This document shows positions 48,142-61,399 of a stretch of 64,000 bases of DNA, in pieces (position 1 is the stretch's first letter; the number at the start of each line of letters is the position of its first letter). Made by a program: the position numbers and the translations under genes. The notes below the pieces were generated by a model. It saw only the letters and a list, made by a program, of their open reading frames with translations. It had not been told where the DNA came from and did no database searches. The DNA is taken from positions 5,181,994 to 5,245,993 of the forward strand of contig CAJINV010000001.1 in the NCBI GenBank assembly GCA_905178155.1, read 5' to 3'. This DNA is from Amoebophrya sp. A120. Its lineage: Eukaryota > Protista > Dinoflagellata.

Positions 48142-49008
48142 CGTGTTCCGGTCGGCCTTCGTAAATTGAAAGTCAAAATTTGCCTTGTGAACCGAAGTCA
48201 AGTGTTGCCCCGTGGGGTGTCGGTAAACGTAGAGTAAACAAAAGCCGATTTTGATGTAGAAACTTTTTCAACTTCTGGTGGCGGCCTCTACAGCCAGAAG
48301 AATCTTTGGCTTTTTGTAGCGTCCTTGTAGCAGTAGACGGGGCGACTCTACTTCCTGTAGTGGTCGCAGCTGCTTGGATTACTTGTTTATCTGTTTAAGC
48401 TACTAGTTTTTGAATCCGTGTCTCAGGTCGCGGTCCTGCTTATACTAAATATCACAGTAATACTCCATGGAAAAACACTGACGAAACCGTCTAAGTCGAT
48501 AAACAGCATCCAACAAGCCGCCCCAAGGCGTCACAAAAATCACCCTAGAAAAAGAACATAGATCTGGCTCTATGATCAAGTTGATCCAAGAACTATTAAA
48601 GCTCTCTCAAGTCCGGCCTGAACGTCGATCGCCAACAGATCTTTTTGTTTTTCGTATTCGTACACATGATAAAGAGGATCCGGCGAACCGGGGCGGGAGC
48701 AGTATTTGTATTCATATCAATCAATCAGAAGAAGCTATACGAAACGATGACGATCAGAAACGATCACGACATTGCGATGCTTAGCCTGCTATTCTTCCAC
48801 GATGACATTGATTCCAGTCCGAGCGACCCTGGGACGACACCGACAAATTACTCTAACAGCAACCGAAGATGAAGTCAACAGATTTACCACCCTGCGCAAA
48901 CAATTACATAGGGTCTCAGCGCAACACGCCATGACAAGGTGAAGGTGGTATGTTTTTCATGTGCTTGTTGTCGTCAAGAAGGAAGATGAACCAACACTCA
49001 GTCCGCAA

Positions 49009-50802
49009 TCAGTGAAGGACGGCACACGTTTTGTTAAAGGTTTTCATGCCTCGCAAAGCGATGTCTCGGTCGTTGCTGCCCATCTCCACGCCGCTGTTGT
49101 TACGAACGTCCAGGAGGTGCAGGTTCGGCCCTGCTTTTGCAATGGCCGCCACGAGCGTGCTGAAGCCGGCATCGGTAATCTGAATAGCCTGCGCCGAGAC
49201 TGATTCGAGAGTGGGACAGATCGCAGTTGCCGCGTCCATTTTCCGGGCATGTTTTCGCCCCAACTGCGTCACGCGCTTGGCCTGTTGCATTGGTCAAATT
49301 TGGCTATTGGAAGGGCGTCGTCAGAATTGTACTTCAGCCGGAATCATGACACGAAAGGTTTCCATACTTCAGCAGAGCTGCAGACATAAGTTTTAGAAAG
49401 ACGAGTTCTAGTTCAACCTTCTCTGCTTTAGCGTTGTTGGTGTGCGGCTCTGAAGTGTGGCAGAGCATCTGAGCAAGCACGCGGCTCCCGTCGTCCTGAA
49501 TCGGATTGGCATCTAGGCATATTGCGTGAAGAGGTATCTCTTGTTGCAGAATCGCTGCGAACAAAGCGTCGAGCGCCGTTCCACCGAGATTGCAGTTTCG
49601 GAAGTTCAGTATCCGCACGTCCCGTAGCTGTAGTGTCTGCCCACTGGTCACTTGGAATCCTGCGGCCTGTGACAATGCTCCAGGAGGCTCGCTCTCCGAA
49701 GGTTCTATGTTTATTTTTGTATTGCTATAGGGCAGAATGTAGTACGGACGGTAACAGAATCTACCAATGCGATGAAACAGAAACACCAACGAGACTCCGA
49801 AAATGCGAATGGTGAATGAAACGAAGTCTACTTCTATACCGTATACCAATTTGCTCTTTTTCCTTGTCCGCCCATACTCGAGAAGTATCTCCGGGAGCCG
49901 CTGCTCGCTGAAGCGCAGCCATGGCGCTAGCCGTTGTAGAACCGCTCGTCGCACGTGCCTCTGGTTCAATCTCTTCGATCAAAATATCGTCCGTTTCGCT
50001 CGTAGTCGCCGCAGCACCACTTCCAGCCGATTCACTGGCAGTGCCATCCCGCTTTGCTGCAGCACTGGAAGGAGATGAAGAGGCTCCAGCCGTTCCGTCT
50101 GCCTCTTTCCTGTTTTCCCAAGTGTAGATGAGCTTTTGCCACCCTAGGCGCTGCATGTTTTCAATGTGCTCCTCCATTTCGGTCCTCAGTTCCACCTTTC
50201 GTTCATCCGCCTCCGTCTCCATCTCCTTGGCCTTCTTGCGCTTTGAGGTCGCAGTGGCAAAGTCCTTTTCCTGTGTTCAGATTCAACATGATTTATCATT
50301 GCGCGACGTAGCTCTATGGGGAAAAAACAAACCGCATATTCGAAATTATGAAAAACGCAAGCTTTCCTTGCGTCTTCTGCCGATTCATTGCATCTTCTAT
50401 TGCCCAAATTTACAACCGCATCATTGTCTAGTACTTGTTGAACAAGACAATTATATCCCCGACTACCTTCCCGGCTTTCTTTCGCAGCTCCTGCGCGGCG
50501 GCGTACTTGCGGACCTGTGCTTCGAACTCTCGCTTGTTGTTTTCCACGGCGATCTCCAGCTTTCGGTCACTGAGATCCACGTGGGACAGGTCCAGTTTCT
50601 GCGGCGAATCAGCAGTGCTTGTTTTCAGTGCCGCAGCTATTCGGTCTTCCACTACAGAAATTGGCGTCGTCCAACACGATTCCGACAGTCCAAGCTTTTG
50701 CAGCACCGCCTCGCGAGACCCCGCAACTTCCGAGGGGAAGCGCAGGACGCAGACGCTCCCGCCATCGGCGTCGTGGTCACCGCCTTTATTCAAGGCACCC
50801 AT
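49009..50802 (-). CDS. Leucine-rich repeat (RNI-like) protein, multi-exon
   Basis: LRR motifs LDLSHVDLSD, LNFRNCNLGG, ICLDANPIQDDGSRVLA, IQITDAGFSTL, LLDVRNN. Confidence 0.75.
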
Positions 50803-51509
50803 GATCAACACGGCAGAGCAAAACGATCAGACGAAAAGCTAAAGCAACAACTCGTCTCTGCGAGAAGATAAACAAGGGAGTAGATTGTATAGTATTTCTC
50901 TCAAAAATGGTTCCTCTGCTGGGCCGCGGGTTTTTATTGTACTTGCCGAGATCAAGGAGAAAGAATGTTGACCCTCCTCTCGTCGCACTTCTTCAGATCT
51001 TTTTCTCCAGCACCTCCACCACAAAGGAAAACAGAAAATGTTGAAACCCCGCTCGCCCACAATCAATCTCTCTCATGCACCACTGGGTAAAAAAATGGAA
51101 ATGGATGGCGACATGTAACAACAAGGCCGCAGTCAAGGCTGAAAACAAACGCCGAGGCTTCTTTGAGGCGGCAGTTGGGACCACAGCACAGCAGCTCGTG
51201 GTCGAGTGTGGTCGTAAAGGATTTCATTTTCAGTACGTGTCGCTTGTAAATTTTTTCTGAATATATGTACACTGCGCCCAAGGCGATACATGGGAGTTCC
51301 GCCGTCCCTCTGGGATAAAAATATCACCAGTTCGCCTTGATCTTATCCTGCGTTGCCACTGCAAAAACGCGACCACCGCCGCCCGCTGCTTGGAAGCTGC
51401 AGGGCACTTGCGGTTCTTGCGGCACGAGAGGATTAGGCATTTTCACGCAGCCTGCGGGGCGTTTAGTGCAGCAGGTGGACCCGCGTACTAAGCCTTTGAC
51501 ACTTTCATC

Positions 51510-54295
51510 TTACCATCTGCCTCCGCCCTTTCCACCGCCGCCTTTTCCCTTGCCACCTTTTCCGCCGCCCTTGTTCTTTCCCCCCGAGGCCATGTGCTCG
51601 AAACTCACACCCGCTTTTGCGATTTCGCGTGCCGCAGACTGCGCTTTGTTGGCATCGCCTTCCCCGTACGCATTCTGGTCGAACTATCGTAAGGAAAAAT
51701 CCCCCCTCCCCATATCAAACGGAAGTTTCTGATGCTGGATTTGCGTATACAAATCGCGTTTGTCTTGCAGTAGAGGACTGCAGGCTTCTTCCATGCCTGA
51801 GTAGAGAAGTTTTGGCCTACGCGCTTAGCATGAGGAACGTCTATGCTGTAGGCCCAACAGCATCACAAACCGCCTGCATAATGCGGCAGAGCCTTTGGAG
51901 TTCTCTTCTTGCAGGACAGACGTGATTTGTGGTCTCAAATCAGCAAGACAAATTTTCGGAAACATACCTTTTCGATATGGGGAGGGGGGATTTTTCCTCT
52001 CAATACGAACGCCGCGAACTTTTTCGCGTCTTCACGCTCCTGCGCGGTGCGGAACCCGCCGGTGGTGTGTTTTCTGTTGAAATTGAGTTCTTATTTCACA
52101 GATACATTGACAGATTGATTCAAAGGCATTCGCAAAAAATTCGTCTGCAATTCGGAAATCGCAAACAGAAACATCACATCTCGGAGGGGGCCCCTAAATA
52201 CTTATTTCCTAAGGGACGAGTACAGCACTTCTACTTACCGAAAGTCCTGGCCGCCGTAGGTGTTGCCCCCGGCGTTTCCTTGCCCGGAAGCAGCGTTGCC
52301 GCCAAAATTTCCAGTGGAGATGGCCATGCCCTTCAGCCAGTTCGGTACGGCATTTCCGCTTTTCTCCAATTTCTCCAGAATTTCGTGTGCGTTACCCTTG
52401 TTCCGATTGTTCATGAAAGTTATTGCCATGCCCTTGTTCCCAATGCGCCCGGTTCGGCCGATGCGGTGCACGAAATCGTCGGAGCTCATCGCACAATCGT
52501 ACTGCACCACGAGGGCCACGTCGGGAATGTCCAGCCCCCGGGCGGCCACATCGGTCGCGATCATCACGGCTGTTGTGTTGATTGTGAAGTTGCAGCGAGT
52601 TGCCGCGCACCAGAAACAAGCAACCGAAAAAATGAATGTGATGGACGAAATCGAAGTGAACTAGGTGAAGTAAAGAAAAAAATTGCCTTCATCAATACGT
52701 GATATTTTGTTTTTGAAGTCTGCGAGCGAAGCCTCCCTCTGTGGCTGGGTCTTGTCTCCGTGAATGGATACAGTGCGGATTCCCATTTTTCCCAGAAATC
52801 TTTCCAAATCAGTTGCTGTCACCTTGGTATTGACGAAGACGAGGGCCGACCCTATCTGCCTGAGGTGGAGAAGGATTCCGTACCTGTTTTCAAGCGATAG
52901 TGATCATGTGTCTGAATTTACAAAAATGATAATGATATTTAATTCACTTTCTCGTTCATTTTCATCTGTTCGAGCGAATCATGCCAACCAGACCACGCAG
53001 CGCTTTTTGTTTTTTTCGTAACCTTTGGTCCAAAACAAAGTTGAACATGATGCAGCAAGACAAATGAGTACAAGAAGCTATCCTTGTCGTCGTCGTCCAC
53101 CCAGACCACTTTTTGCTTGATCGTCGTTGCCGCCGCCCCGACTTGGCCGACGGCGATGAAGATGTAGTCTTTCAAAAAGTCCTGCGCGAGAAACTGCACG
53201 CCCTCGGGGAAGGTGGCGCTGGTCATCACCGTCTGCCGGTTGCGGTTCATGCCCGACTTCTGCACGATTTTGCGAATCTGGGGCTCGAACCCGACGTCCA
53301 GCATGCGGTCCGCCTCGTCCAGAATCAAAGTATTGATCTTTGCCATCGTCAAGTGCTTGCGCTCGATCATGTCGTCGAGCCGCCCCGGCGTACCGATAAT
53401 GATGTCGGACCCGTTCCGCACTGCTGCGGTGGACTCACGGTACTCGACACCACCGTAAACGCACTGTGATTTTGGGAAATAAGTTTATCGTATACGTTTT
53501 TACCTTCGAACGGAAACAAACGTCTGGGAGTCTACAACACGATCCGTATCTACTGACTCAAACCACGTAAGTGAAGAGGGGAAGTAGTGAAAAAACTATA
53601 ATAGATGGGTGGTCGTCCCGGCGCTGCATCCTCGTATAATCATAATGTATGTTGACCTTGCTGCAAGAAATGAACAAGTAGACACGACGACATCAATAAA
53701 GTCGCAAACTTACCGCAAGGCATATGCCGGTGTTGCGGCAAAACTTCTGCGCCTCCTCGTGGATTTGCTGGCAAAGCTCACGTGTAGGGGCCATGACGAG
53801 CACCTTTGGCGCCGGCATGTTGTTGAACATGGAATCTCGGTAGCCCGCCTGCCCGCTGAGCACAAAGTGTATGCTTGGAAAGAGGAAAGCGCACGTTTTG
53901 CCGCTGCCCGTTTGCGCACTCGCCACGACATCCTTGTGCTTCAGGATGAGTGGTATGGCGTATTTTTGGACCGGGGTGGGCTTCCGGTACTCGCGCGGAA
54001 TGTTGCCCACCAGCTTGGGATTCAGGTTCCAGGATCGGGGCAGGTTCTGAAAATCCGAGAGCAACTCCAGGTCGGCCTGCGGCGGGGACACTTCGACCGG
54101 AATTTCATCCTGCTTTCGGAAAAATTCGTCTTTACTCAGATTGGTGCCCTGATAAGTCGAACTCGTTGCCGGCTGATGGTTCTGCGGCAGTGCACCTTGT
54201 CTAAGAGGAGGGTACTGTTGGCCCCCTCGATTGTAGGGGCCACTGTTCCCGCCACCTGCTCCGCGCATTCTACTTCGCTTGTTGTTCCTTCTCAC
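51510..54295 (-). CDS. DEAD-box RNA helicase, DDX3/Ded1-like
   Basis: Q motif PTPVQKYAIP, AQTGSGKT, PTREL, TPGRL, DEAD, SAT, ARGLD, HRIGRTGR; LDEADRMLDVGFEPQIRKIV and DYIFIAVGQVG typical of the DDX3/Ded1 clade; GK-rich tail ending GGRW*. 5' end uncertain. Confidence 0.92.
51685..52005. mobile_element. Introner related to family 2, 321 bp
   Basis: TIR TAT(CGTA/TGAG)AGGAAAAATCCCCCCTCCCCATATC; perfect duplication CGAAC. Splices to KFAAF-DQNAYG. Confidence 0.92.
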
Positions 54296-55178
54296 TAATT
54301 GTCGTAAAAATGAAAGGTAAAAACGTACTAGCTTATGTTCTTACTAATTTATGTTCTTCGGACACACATACGCATAGTTGTCGTCATTCTTTCGAGTGGT
54401 AATACAGGATGTAAAAATTCATCTCGTAAAAGCTTCTCTTGCGTGTTTGTCATAGGTCAAGGTCAACTTCGGCAGAAGCGACTCGACAATTTGGTTCTGA
54501 ATGCTCGTGCCGCTGCATGAAATTAATAAATTGTATGTCTTAAGAACGAAGTCTTGTTCGAAGTTTCAACTTCTTCTATTCATTTCCAACACCTGCTGCA
54601 CTAATCTTGAGCGTTTACGTAAGTATATTTCTTCTAAGCTTTTCAAGATCCTCTGCCGTTTCAGATTCGAAGTTGCTGCACGCAGCCCCGTATCTTCTTT
54701 TTCGGGAGATTGGCGACGAAATAGACAAGCAAGGCTGATCTTGCAACTGAGAATCTTGCACTGAACGACTATCACACGAACCACACACGCAATCGCAACG
54801 CAAGCAGAGAGTAGAGCAGCAGCAAGCACGAGTGGAGAAACCTGATCCTCTTCAAAGTATCTTTCTACCAAAATCAGGCGATAATTAGTTGGTTACTTAG
54901 AAGAACCCGGGTCTATTCAAGAAACCGATAGGAGATGCACTTACGAGAACGACTCCTTTTGACGTGACCCGAAAACACCACTAGGAGTAGGAACGAAGAC
55001 GAACACAGGGAAAAGTAAAGCCGGCGTGGTCGCAGGCTACTCACGGTGCCTTCTTATTCCCTCCAGAAAGAGAACCCGATGTTGATCATGATTTCGCGTT
55101 TGCGTTATGGTTATGTGCATAAAAGTTTTAGCAGGATTCAGTGCACGTTGGAAGTCGCCTTCTTTTATCGAGGATCAT

Positions 55179-56931
55179 TCATGCCGTGGCGCGACACCGT
55201 TTTCGTCCTCGCGCGAACCAGCGACAGAGCCGGCCTGATTCGTCGCCGGTCCACAACTCGCGAGTGGAACTTTTGCTGTCCGCCGCCCGTAGGACTGCGC
55301 AACACCTCACCAGCTCCTCGTGCTTTTGTGCTGTGGACACACCGCCCGCCAGGTCGTGGTCACCGGCCATCCTCTGCGCGGCCACGACGTCTTTATTTTC
55401 CTTTACCCCGACATCCTCCTCCTCGTCCGCACTCTTTAGCCGACTCTTTAGCCGCTTGGCGACCGCAACACCGTCGGAAGTCGTTGCGTCGCTGCCCGAC
55501 GTGGCGCCGTCCTCCTGCCCGCTTCTCTCGGGTACGAAGTACTCGCCCTCCAGATGCGCGGACCCGATTTCCTGCACGGGCACGCACTGGGTCAAGTTCA
55601 GGTGAAATAGCATCATCGCGCCGTCGCAACTGCCCCCGAGCACGAAGATCTTGCCCTGCTCGAACCACATGCTGAGGACGCAGCCCAGGGTGTGGAAGCC
55701 GTCGCGCTCGCCGGACAAAAGCTGCTCGCACGACCGGATTTCGTCTGTGAACTGCACCAATCGGCGCAGCTGCCCGAACTCCTCCTTCCCGCCGAAACTC
55801 CAGACGCTGACCGTCTCGTTTGTGGAGGCACAGAGAACCACGGCGAACTCCTCGACGATGAGGAAGGACCGGACGTTTTCGTCGTTGTTGATCGTGAACA
55901 GAAAGCCCTCGTCCACATCCTGTTGCGCCAAAGTACCAGAGTCAACCTCGACCTCGCCGGCAGTAGTACTTCTACCGCCTTGATGTTCTGCGGCACCAGC
56001 TGCGCTGGACGAGGGGTTCGATATAGTTGTTGTCATGTCCACGTCGTCGACTGAGGAATTTCTGGAAACCCGTCGCGGATTCAGCACGGCCTGCTCCCAG
56101 ACGCGCATGTCCGTAAAGTTGACCAGCCCGTCGTCGCCGCCGGAAACCAGGATGTGCTCGCGCAAAAACGAAAGCTGGTTGATCACTTCCACGTGCAGGT
56201 GCTCGATGGGCGTGCCGATCCGCTGCAAACTGCTTTTCGAACCGTCAGCCGTGGTAATCACACGAAAAACCTCGATCACTTCGCGGCACGCCGCGACGAT
56301 CCGCAGCTGCGCGACCGACTCCGGCGTCAACACTATGTTCAAGCCTTTCGTTGTGTCGGCACTGGCTTTACTGTTCTTTCCGTTTGCCAATTTCGGTCCC
56401 GTGGAGCTGGAGGATGTGGAGGAAGAGTGTCCGTCTCCCGCACGGTAGACGGCACAGGCGTAGCACAGCGTACGGTCGTCCGCATCGATGCCCGTGTCCT
56501 GCCCCAACTCGGTTTCGGCCAGCACCTCGATCTTTCGCTTCTTTGCCGGTCCGGCAGCCCGCAGCAGGCGCAGACGGCCGTCCAGGCACGTGGTCACGAA
56601 CGTGTCGTCATTCACAAAAGAGATGTCAGTCACCATCGCAGGGTGCTCGAAACTACTTTCGGAAACCAGGTCGGAGCTGCGGAGAAGGTCGACAGAAAAA
56701 CTTCCGCCTGTCGTGATAAATTTTTGTGGAATCGGTGCGGTTTTGGAAAATGAAAATTCGGATTCGCAGATTATCAATACTACATGAATATTCTCACTAG
56801 AGATGTATGATCACGCGGCGCAGTACTAGATTTTATTTCCTACCTGTTCTACTGACGGCTGCAGCGACAGTGGCGCCGGTAGGACTAACCGTTAGTCGGA
56901 AGTACCCATCGGTACTCGTTGTAGTCGTCAT
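55179..56931 (-). CDS. WD40-repeat protein, WDR89-like
   Basis: HPAMVTDISF...TTCLDGRLRL; HVEVINQLSF...LVSGGDDGLVNFTD; LWTGDESGRLCRW. Short first exon from the ATG at 56931. Confidence 0.75.
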
Positions 56932-58298
56932 TTCCGCTGGTTCCGTTTCTTGTCGCCCGTTCGCACACTCGCTAGAGGATGGCGGTAAATGAGAATGACG
57001 TTGAAACTCACGACGACCAAATACTAATGCAGTTTTTATTTGAAGGGAATAAAAAGAGAATCCAACGGATACCTTCGATTACGACTCGACACTAAAGAGG
57101 AAAGCGCTTTTGAGTGTCTTCTTGTCTCTGTAAGTATGATCTATGTGTCTGTAACAAACGTCTCTCTAGGAAGCGCACACATCCAAATGTCCTGAAAATA
57201 ATTAAATTGGAATTTTGCATTGAGATTGAGGAGAGATCAACCACAGGAACAAACCCATCTCCAAATACTACTCCCTTGATCTTGGAGGAGAGCGGTTGTG
57301 TTTGCATTTGTTAATTCAGGATCATACGTTGATTCAAATCAGAAGCCAAGTACTTAATATGTATGTGTTGAGCCGAGATTGCTTGATCTCCTCGCAAAAA
57401 TTTTGTGTCCTCGTGTTTCTGATCATTACCGGAACTGAATGTAGAATCTACAACGCACTTGCAGTTCCAAATTCATTTGACTTGATCTTCTTTTACTTTC
57501 AGACGGAACGTGTGAGCCGCAATCTTCTCATGATCCTGGAGTAGAAAACCGACTAGCTCTACAGAACTCGCACGCCTGCAGTACTATAGATACAGAACTC
57601 GCACGCCACCTTTTGTCGTGATCATGTTATCCGACGATGCCGGAACTGCAGGTGGGAGTAATATCTGGGCTAGCAGTACCATCGAAACAACTACGAAAGA
57701 ACACTTCCGCGGCTCGAGCACAAGCGAACGAATGCCGAAGGTATCATGGACATCTCCGTTGGTTCGAGATAGCATGTTTTTGTTTGTTTTCGTGATTGTA
57801 AAAAACTCGCCCTCTCGCTTTTGTGTAGCCATGTGCGTGTCGGTCCATTGAGTTTTGTCGATTCTGATATTCTCGTCATCTCGTATGTAGTAAGTACGTA
57901 CACGCACAGCTTCTCCTTCGGCATAGAAGACGTAGAAATGAATGGTACTAAATAGCATTTACTTAATATGAAGGTGCTGGGCAGAAATTGCGTCCTTCTG
58001 CGGCTGCCTCTCCGTTCTATCATAAGACAAGGTTACAACATTTATTCGCTTTGATCTGTAATGGACCGCCGCTTTTTGACTAAAGGCCTCCGCAATCGCA
58101 CACGTTGAACAATAAACGCAAACGATTTGTCATGCTTGCCAAAGCGTTTATTCCAGGAAAAAACCTGCGCGCCGGCAACTGCAATAAGCTCTGCAACTGG
58201 CCCTCCTCATCTCCGTTTGTCTTTATTCCGCATGACCAGCCCATTCGTCCATGCCTTGCGAGCTGAATGCAGTCCGCCTCGCTGTCCCACAGAGGCAA

Positions 58299-60275
58299 CT
58301 AGCAATTCGGATCATTGACTGACTCCCAGTTCATCGAGAGAAAACGTAGATACTTGATGGAGTCCTCGATGTGCTCACCGAAATCATATTCCTCGTCAGG
58401 TTGAGGAGGCTCGCGCCGATGCCTCGCAGATCGCAGCGCATGAGGTACCGCTGTGGAGTTTTTCAATTATTTCGATTTTTCATAACTCAAGCAACGCAGC
58501 ACTACTTCAGTCATGCTATCTGCTAAGGCCTGCCTCGTGCTGACTAAGTACTCCTTAACGCCGTGCACATTCTCTGCTTGGTTGCGCTTGCGGTCGCATG
58601 CGGCAACGCAACTAGAATCAATTCTGTGCAGCCAGATATGAAACCGGAGCTTCGTACTTCGGGTTCTGTGCACCATCGTGTGTACTAACTACTTCCGATC
58701 TCGGACGCACCGAAAAACTTTTGTATCAGTATCTGTACGTGGAAAGCGGATCAACCCGATATCTTTCGGCGACCGCTTCGTGCAGGTCTCGGGACGCAGG
58801 TGCTCCCGCATCATCCGCGGCAGCAAGCTCTGCCATTTGGTAGCCTCTTCCTGGTCTCGAAAGCCTTTGCGTGGTAACCCAAACCACCATTGGCTCCCTT
58901 TGGGCACGCATTCAAAGTTGTCCTCGTACTGAGCATACTCAAGGTCGTCTTCGTTGCCAGCCTTAATCAGGTCCCTGTGAAGATGATCGAAGAGATAAAC
59001 AGAGGGTCGGTGCTTGCGTACGAGCCGCGCATTCACTCATGCATCGTCCAATGGGAGCGGATGCCCAACTACTACTTCAGGCGAAGCAAAGCATCTATAT
59101 CTATGTATCAAACATCCACACTCACAGTAAAAAAAGTAAGTACCAAACGACCAGGGTGACGAAGTACGCAAACGAATCTGCATTGGCAAATGCCTGATCG
59201 TGTGGCAGATCTATCAGACCTTGGTAACCACCGTTCAGGCCGTGCCCATACACATGGTCAGTGCATTCGAGCACGCAGTGCGCCGCCTCATGGATGATGA
59301 TGAGCGTCTGAGACTCCTTCCCCTTGTTCCATACAGCTTTGTCGTACCCATATCAACTGTAAATATGTCTACCTAGGTCACAAAAGGCTGCACCTGTAAT
59401 GCTTGTCTTGATCTTTGATGTTCCCGGTTCCTGCTTGGGCAAGTTGTCTTCTTGCACAGTCCTCCATCAAAATCTGACAAGCAGGACCGCAGCTTTGTTT
59501 TTTTAGAAAGAACTTCGAAAGCGTGGTAAGAACTTGTCATGCAGAGCCGCAATCGGGAGTGAATCCAATCATTCGCAATCGAGCATAACAAATTTATGTT
59601 GAAGTTCTCGGACTCAGACATATTTGCATTTGATAGCACGGACCCTGACACCAAGATGTTTGCCATATTTTTCATAACCCAGACACTAAAAGGCCCATTT
59701 GAATCCTTGAATTGCGTTTTGCACGTGTACTTGTACGTGTAGGCGAGAGCCCCGTCATTTACCCCGGGGCGCAACTTGATTCCGTTTCTGTTTGCCAACA
59801 CGCTGCCGAGCCGCGCCAACATGCGCGCCAGTCTTTCCCAGTCCTCCTGGCCCTGCATTTTGAAGAGGCGATTCGCGTGATACTCTGCGCTGTCCAACAA
59901 AACCTCCGCGTACCGCGGCGCCACACCGGGAATAGTGCGGCCATTCCGCGCTCGCGCCAAGACGACATCGGCCAGCAGTTCCGTCTGGAGACCGGCATGC
60001 TTCTTGATCACGTTCCACAAGTCCTCGGTGCCCCGAGCAAACATCGTCTTCTCTGCGTCCCTTTGACCGTCCAAGGTCAGCGCGGAAAAGAACTTCGGTC
60101 CGTCGTGGTGGCGACACATACAGGAATACTCAGCTTCCTCCAGCCGCACATCGTCAGGCTGGGTACTGACAAGATCCAGGTATGATCCAGCTGCCCGCAC
60201 GGCCGTCGGGCCGAAGCCCCACGCAAAGCAGGCCGCCAAACACGTCCCGGCTGCCCGCATCGTCATTCTTCGCAT
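58299..60275 (-). CDS. Secreted M35/aspzincin-type zinc metallopeptidase, paralog 1
   Basis: Signal peptide. After introner removal: TLIIIHEAAHCVLECTDHVYG...FANADSFAYF (HExxH + D, NAD motif). C-terminal exons are homologous to paralog 2 (...LRPETCTKR; MNWESVNDPNC*). Confidence 0.8.
59351..59635. mobile_element. Introner, diverged family-1-like, 285 bp
   Basis: TATCAACTGTAAATATGTCT...AGACATATTTGCATTTGATA; decayed flanks ACCCA/GCACG. Element + 5 nt removal restores colinearity with the intron-less paralog. Confidence 0.88.
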
Positions 60276-61399
60276 CGGCGTATGCAGCTACCCCGAAAAA
60301 CTTGAGGTCAACAAACCTCGAGCACTTCGTAAATATGTATATGTTATTTTACACGTGGCGTGTAGAGCGAACTACAAACACTGTCTGTATCCGATGCCGA
60401 TAGTAAATCCTTACTTTGTTAAACAAAAATGTTTGGTCGTTCGAGTTTTATTTTTACACGAATGGAGGTACTACAACTGCTAGCAACGTTTAGCGGATTT
60501 GCACAACGGCGCGCGTGATCCCCTGACTTTGTTCCGAATGATGTCGATGTGTCTTTGCATTTATGTACTGGCACGCTGGCGAAGACCACGAAAAGACGGC
60601 TCAGGGAAGTTCGAAGAGGAGTAAGAATCTTCAATGCTGATCTCTAGAATCTATGTGACCGCCTTCACTAGAAGGGTCTCTTTCTGCACTCCCACTGCAG
60701 GAGCAGCAGGTTGGGCTTAACAATGACCTGATGATCCTTGGAAGATCTAGAAGAGGGCTCTGCATCCTTGCGAAAATGACTCAGAGCAGGGTTATATTGG
60801 TCCAAATCGGAACGGAATCAGAGAATACAGCCACGAGTTGATCAAAAATGCAAAAACACCGGTTTTTGCTCTTTGAGCAATCCCAATGTCGGAATTGGAA
60901 AATCAACATGTGTGCGCTTTATTTCATAAGTACATCCGCCGCGCATTCCTAGCGCACAGCAACTTGATCATTCGAGGACGTGGATGGGCGCCATAACCAC
61001 AGCCAGATTCCTCCGGAAAACGCCATCAGAAGGGTCTGGCCCATGGCATCATCGCAGTCTGTCATGACAACCCAACCCGACAAATTTGTGTGTTGACCAT
61101 AGAGATTTGCAATACTTCCATGATGACAAAAAGTTCTTTCGTGTGATGGTGAGATTGGAAAGTGCCAGTGTCATTCAGAAATGATTCGTTTTTGATCTTG
61201 TTCAACGGAAGCTCTAAATGAGCATTGCGACGCCCCGCTTTCTCTGACTCTTCAGCCCAAGGCCCTGGCAAGAGTAACTACAGCTGGACAACCTCAACCA
61301 TCTCTATCTATAAACATGGGTGAGTATTCTTCTACTAGAGGTAGAGAAAAAGTGTATCCATTATATCAACTTACGTCGCCCAGAATTGCTGCCTCGAGC

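Noticed and set aside
54566-58023. Small ORFs 54566-54871 and 57584-57958
   Set aside because: No motifs or clear exon structure; insufficient support.
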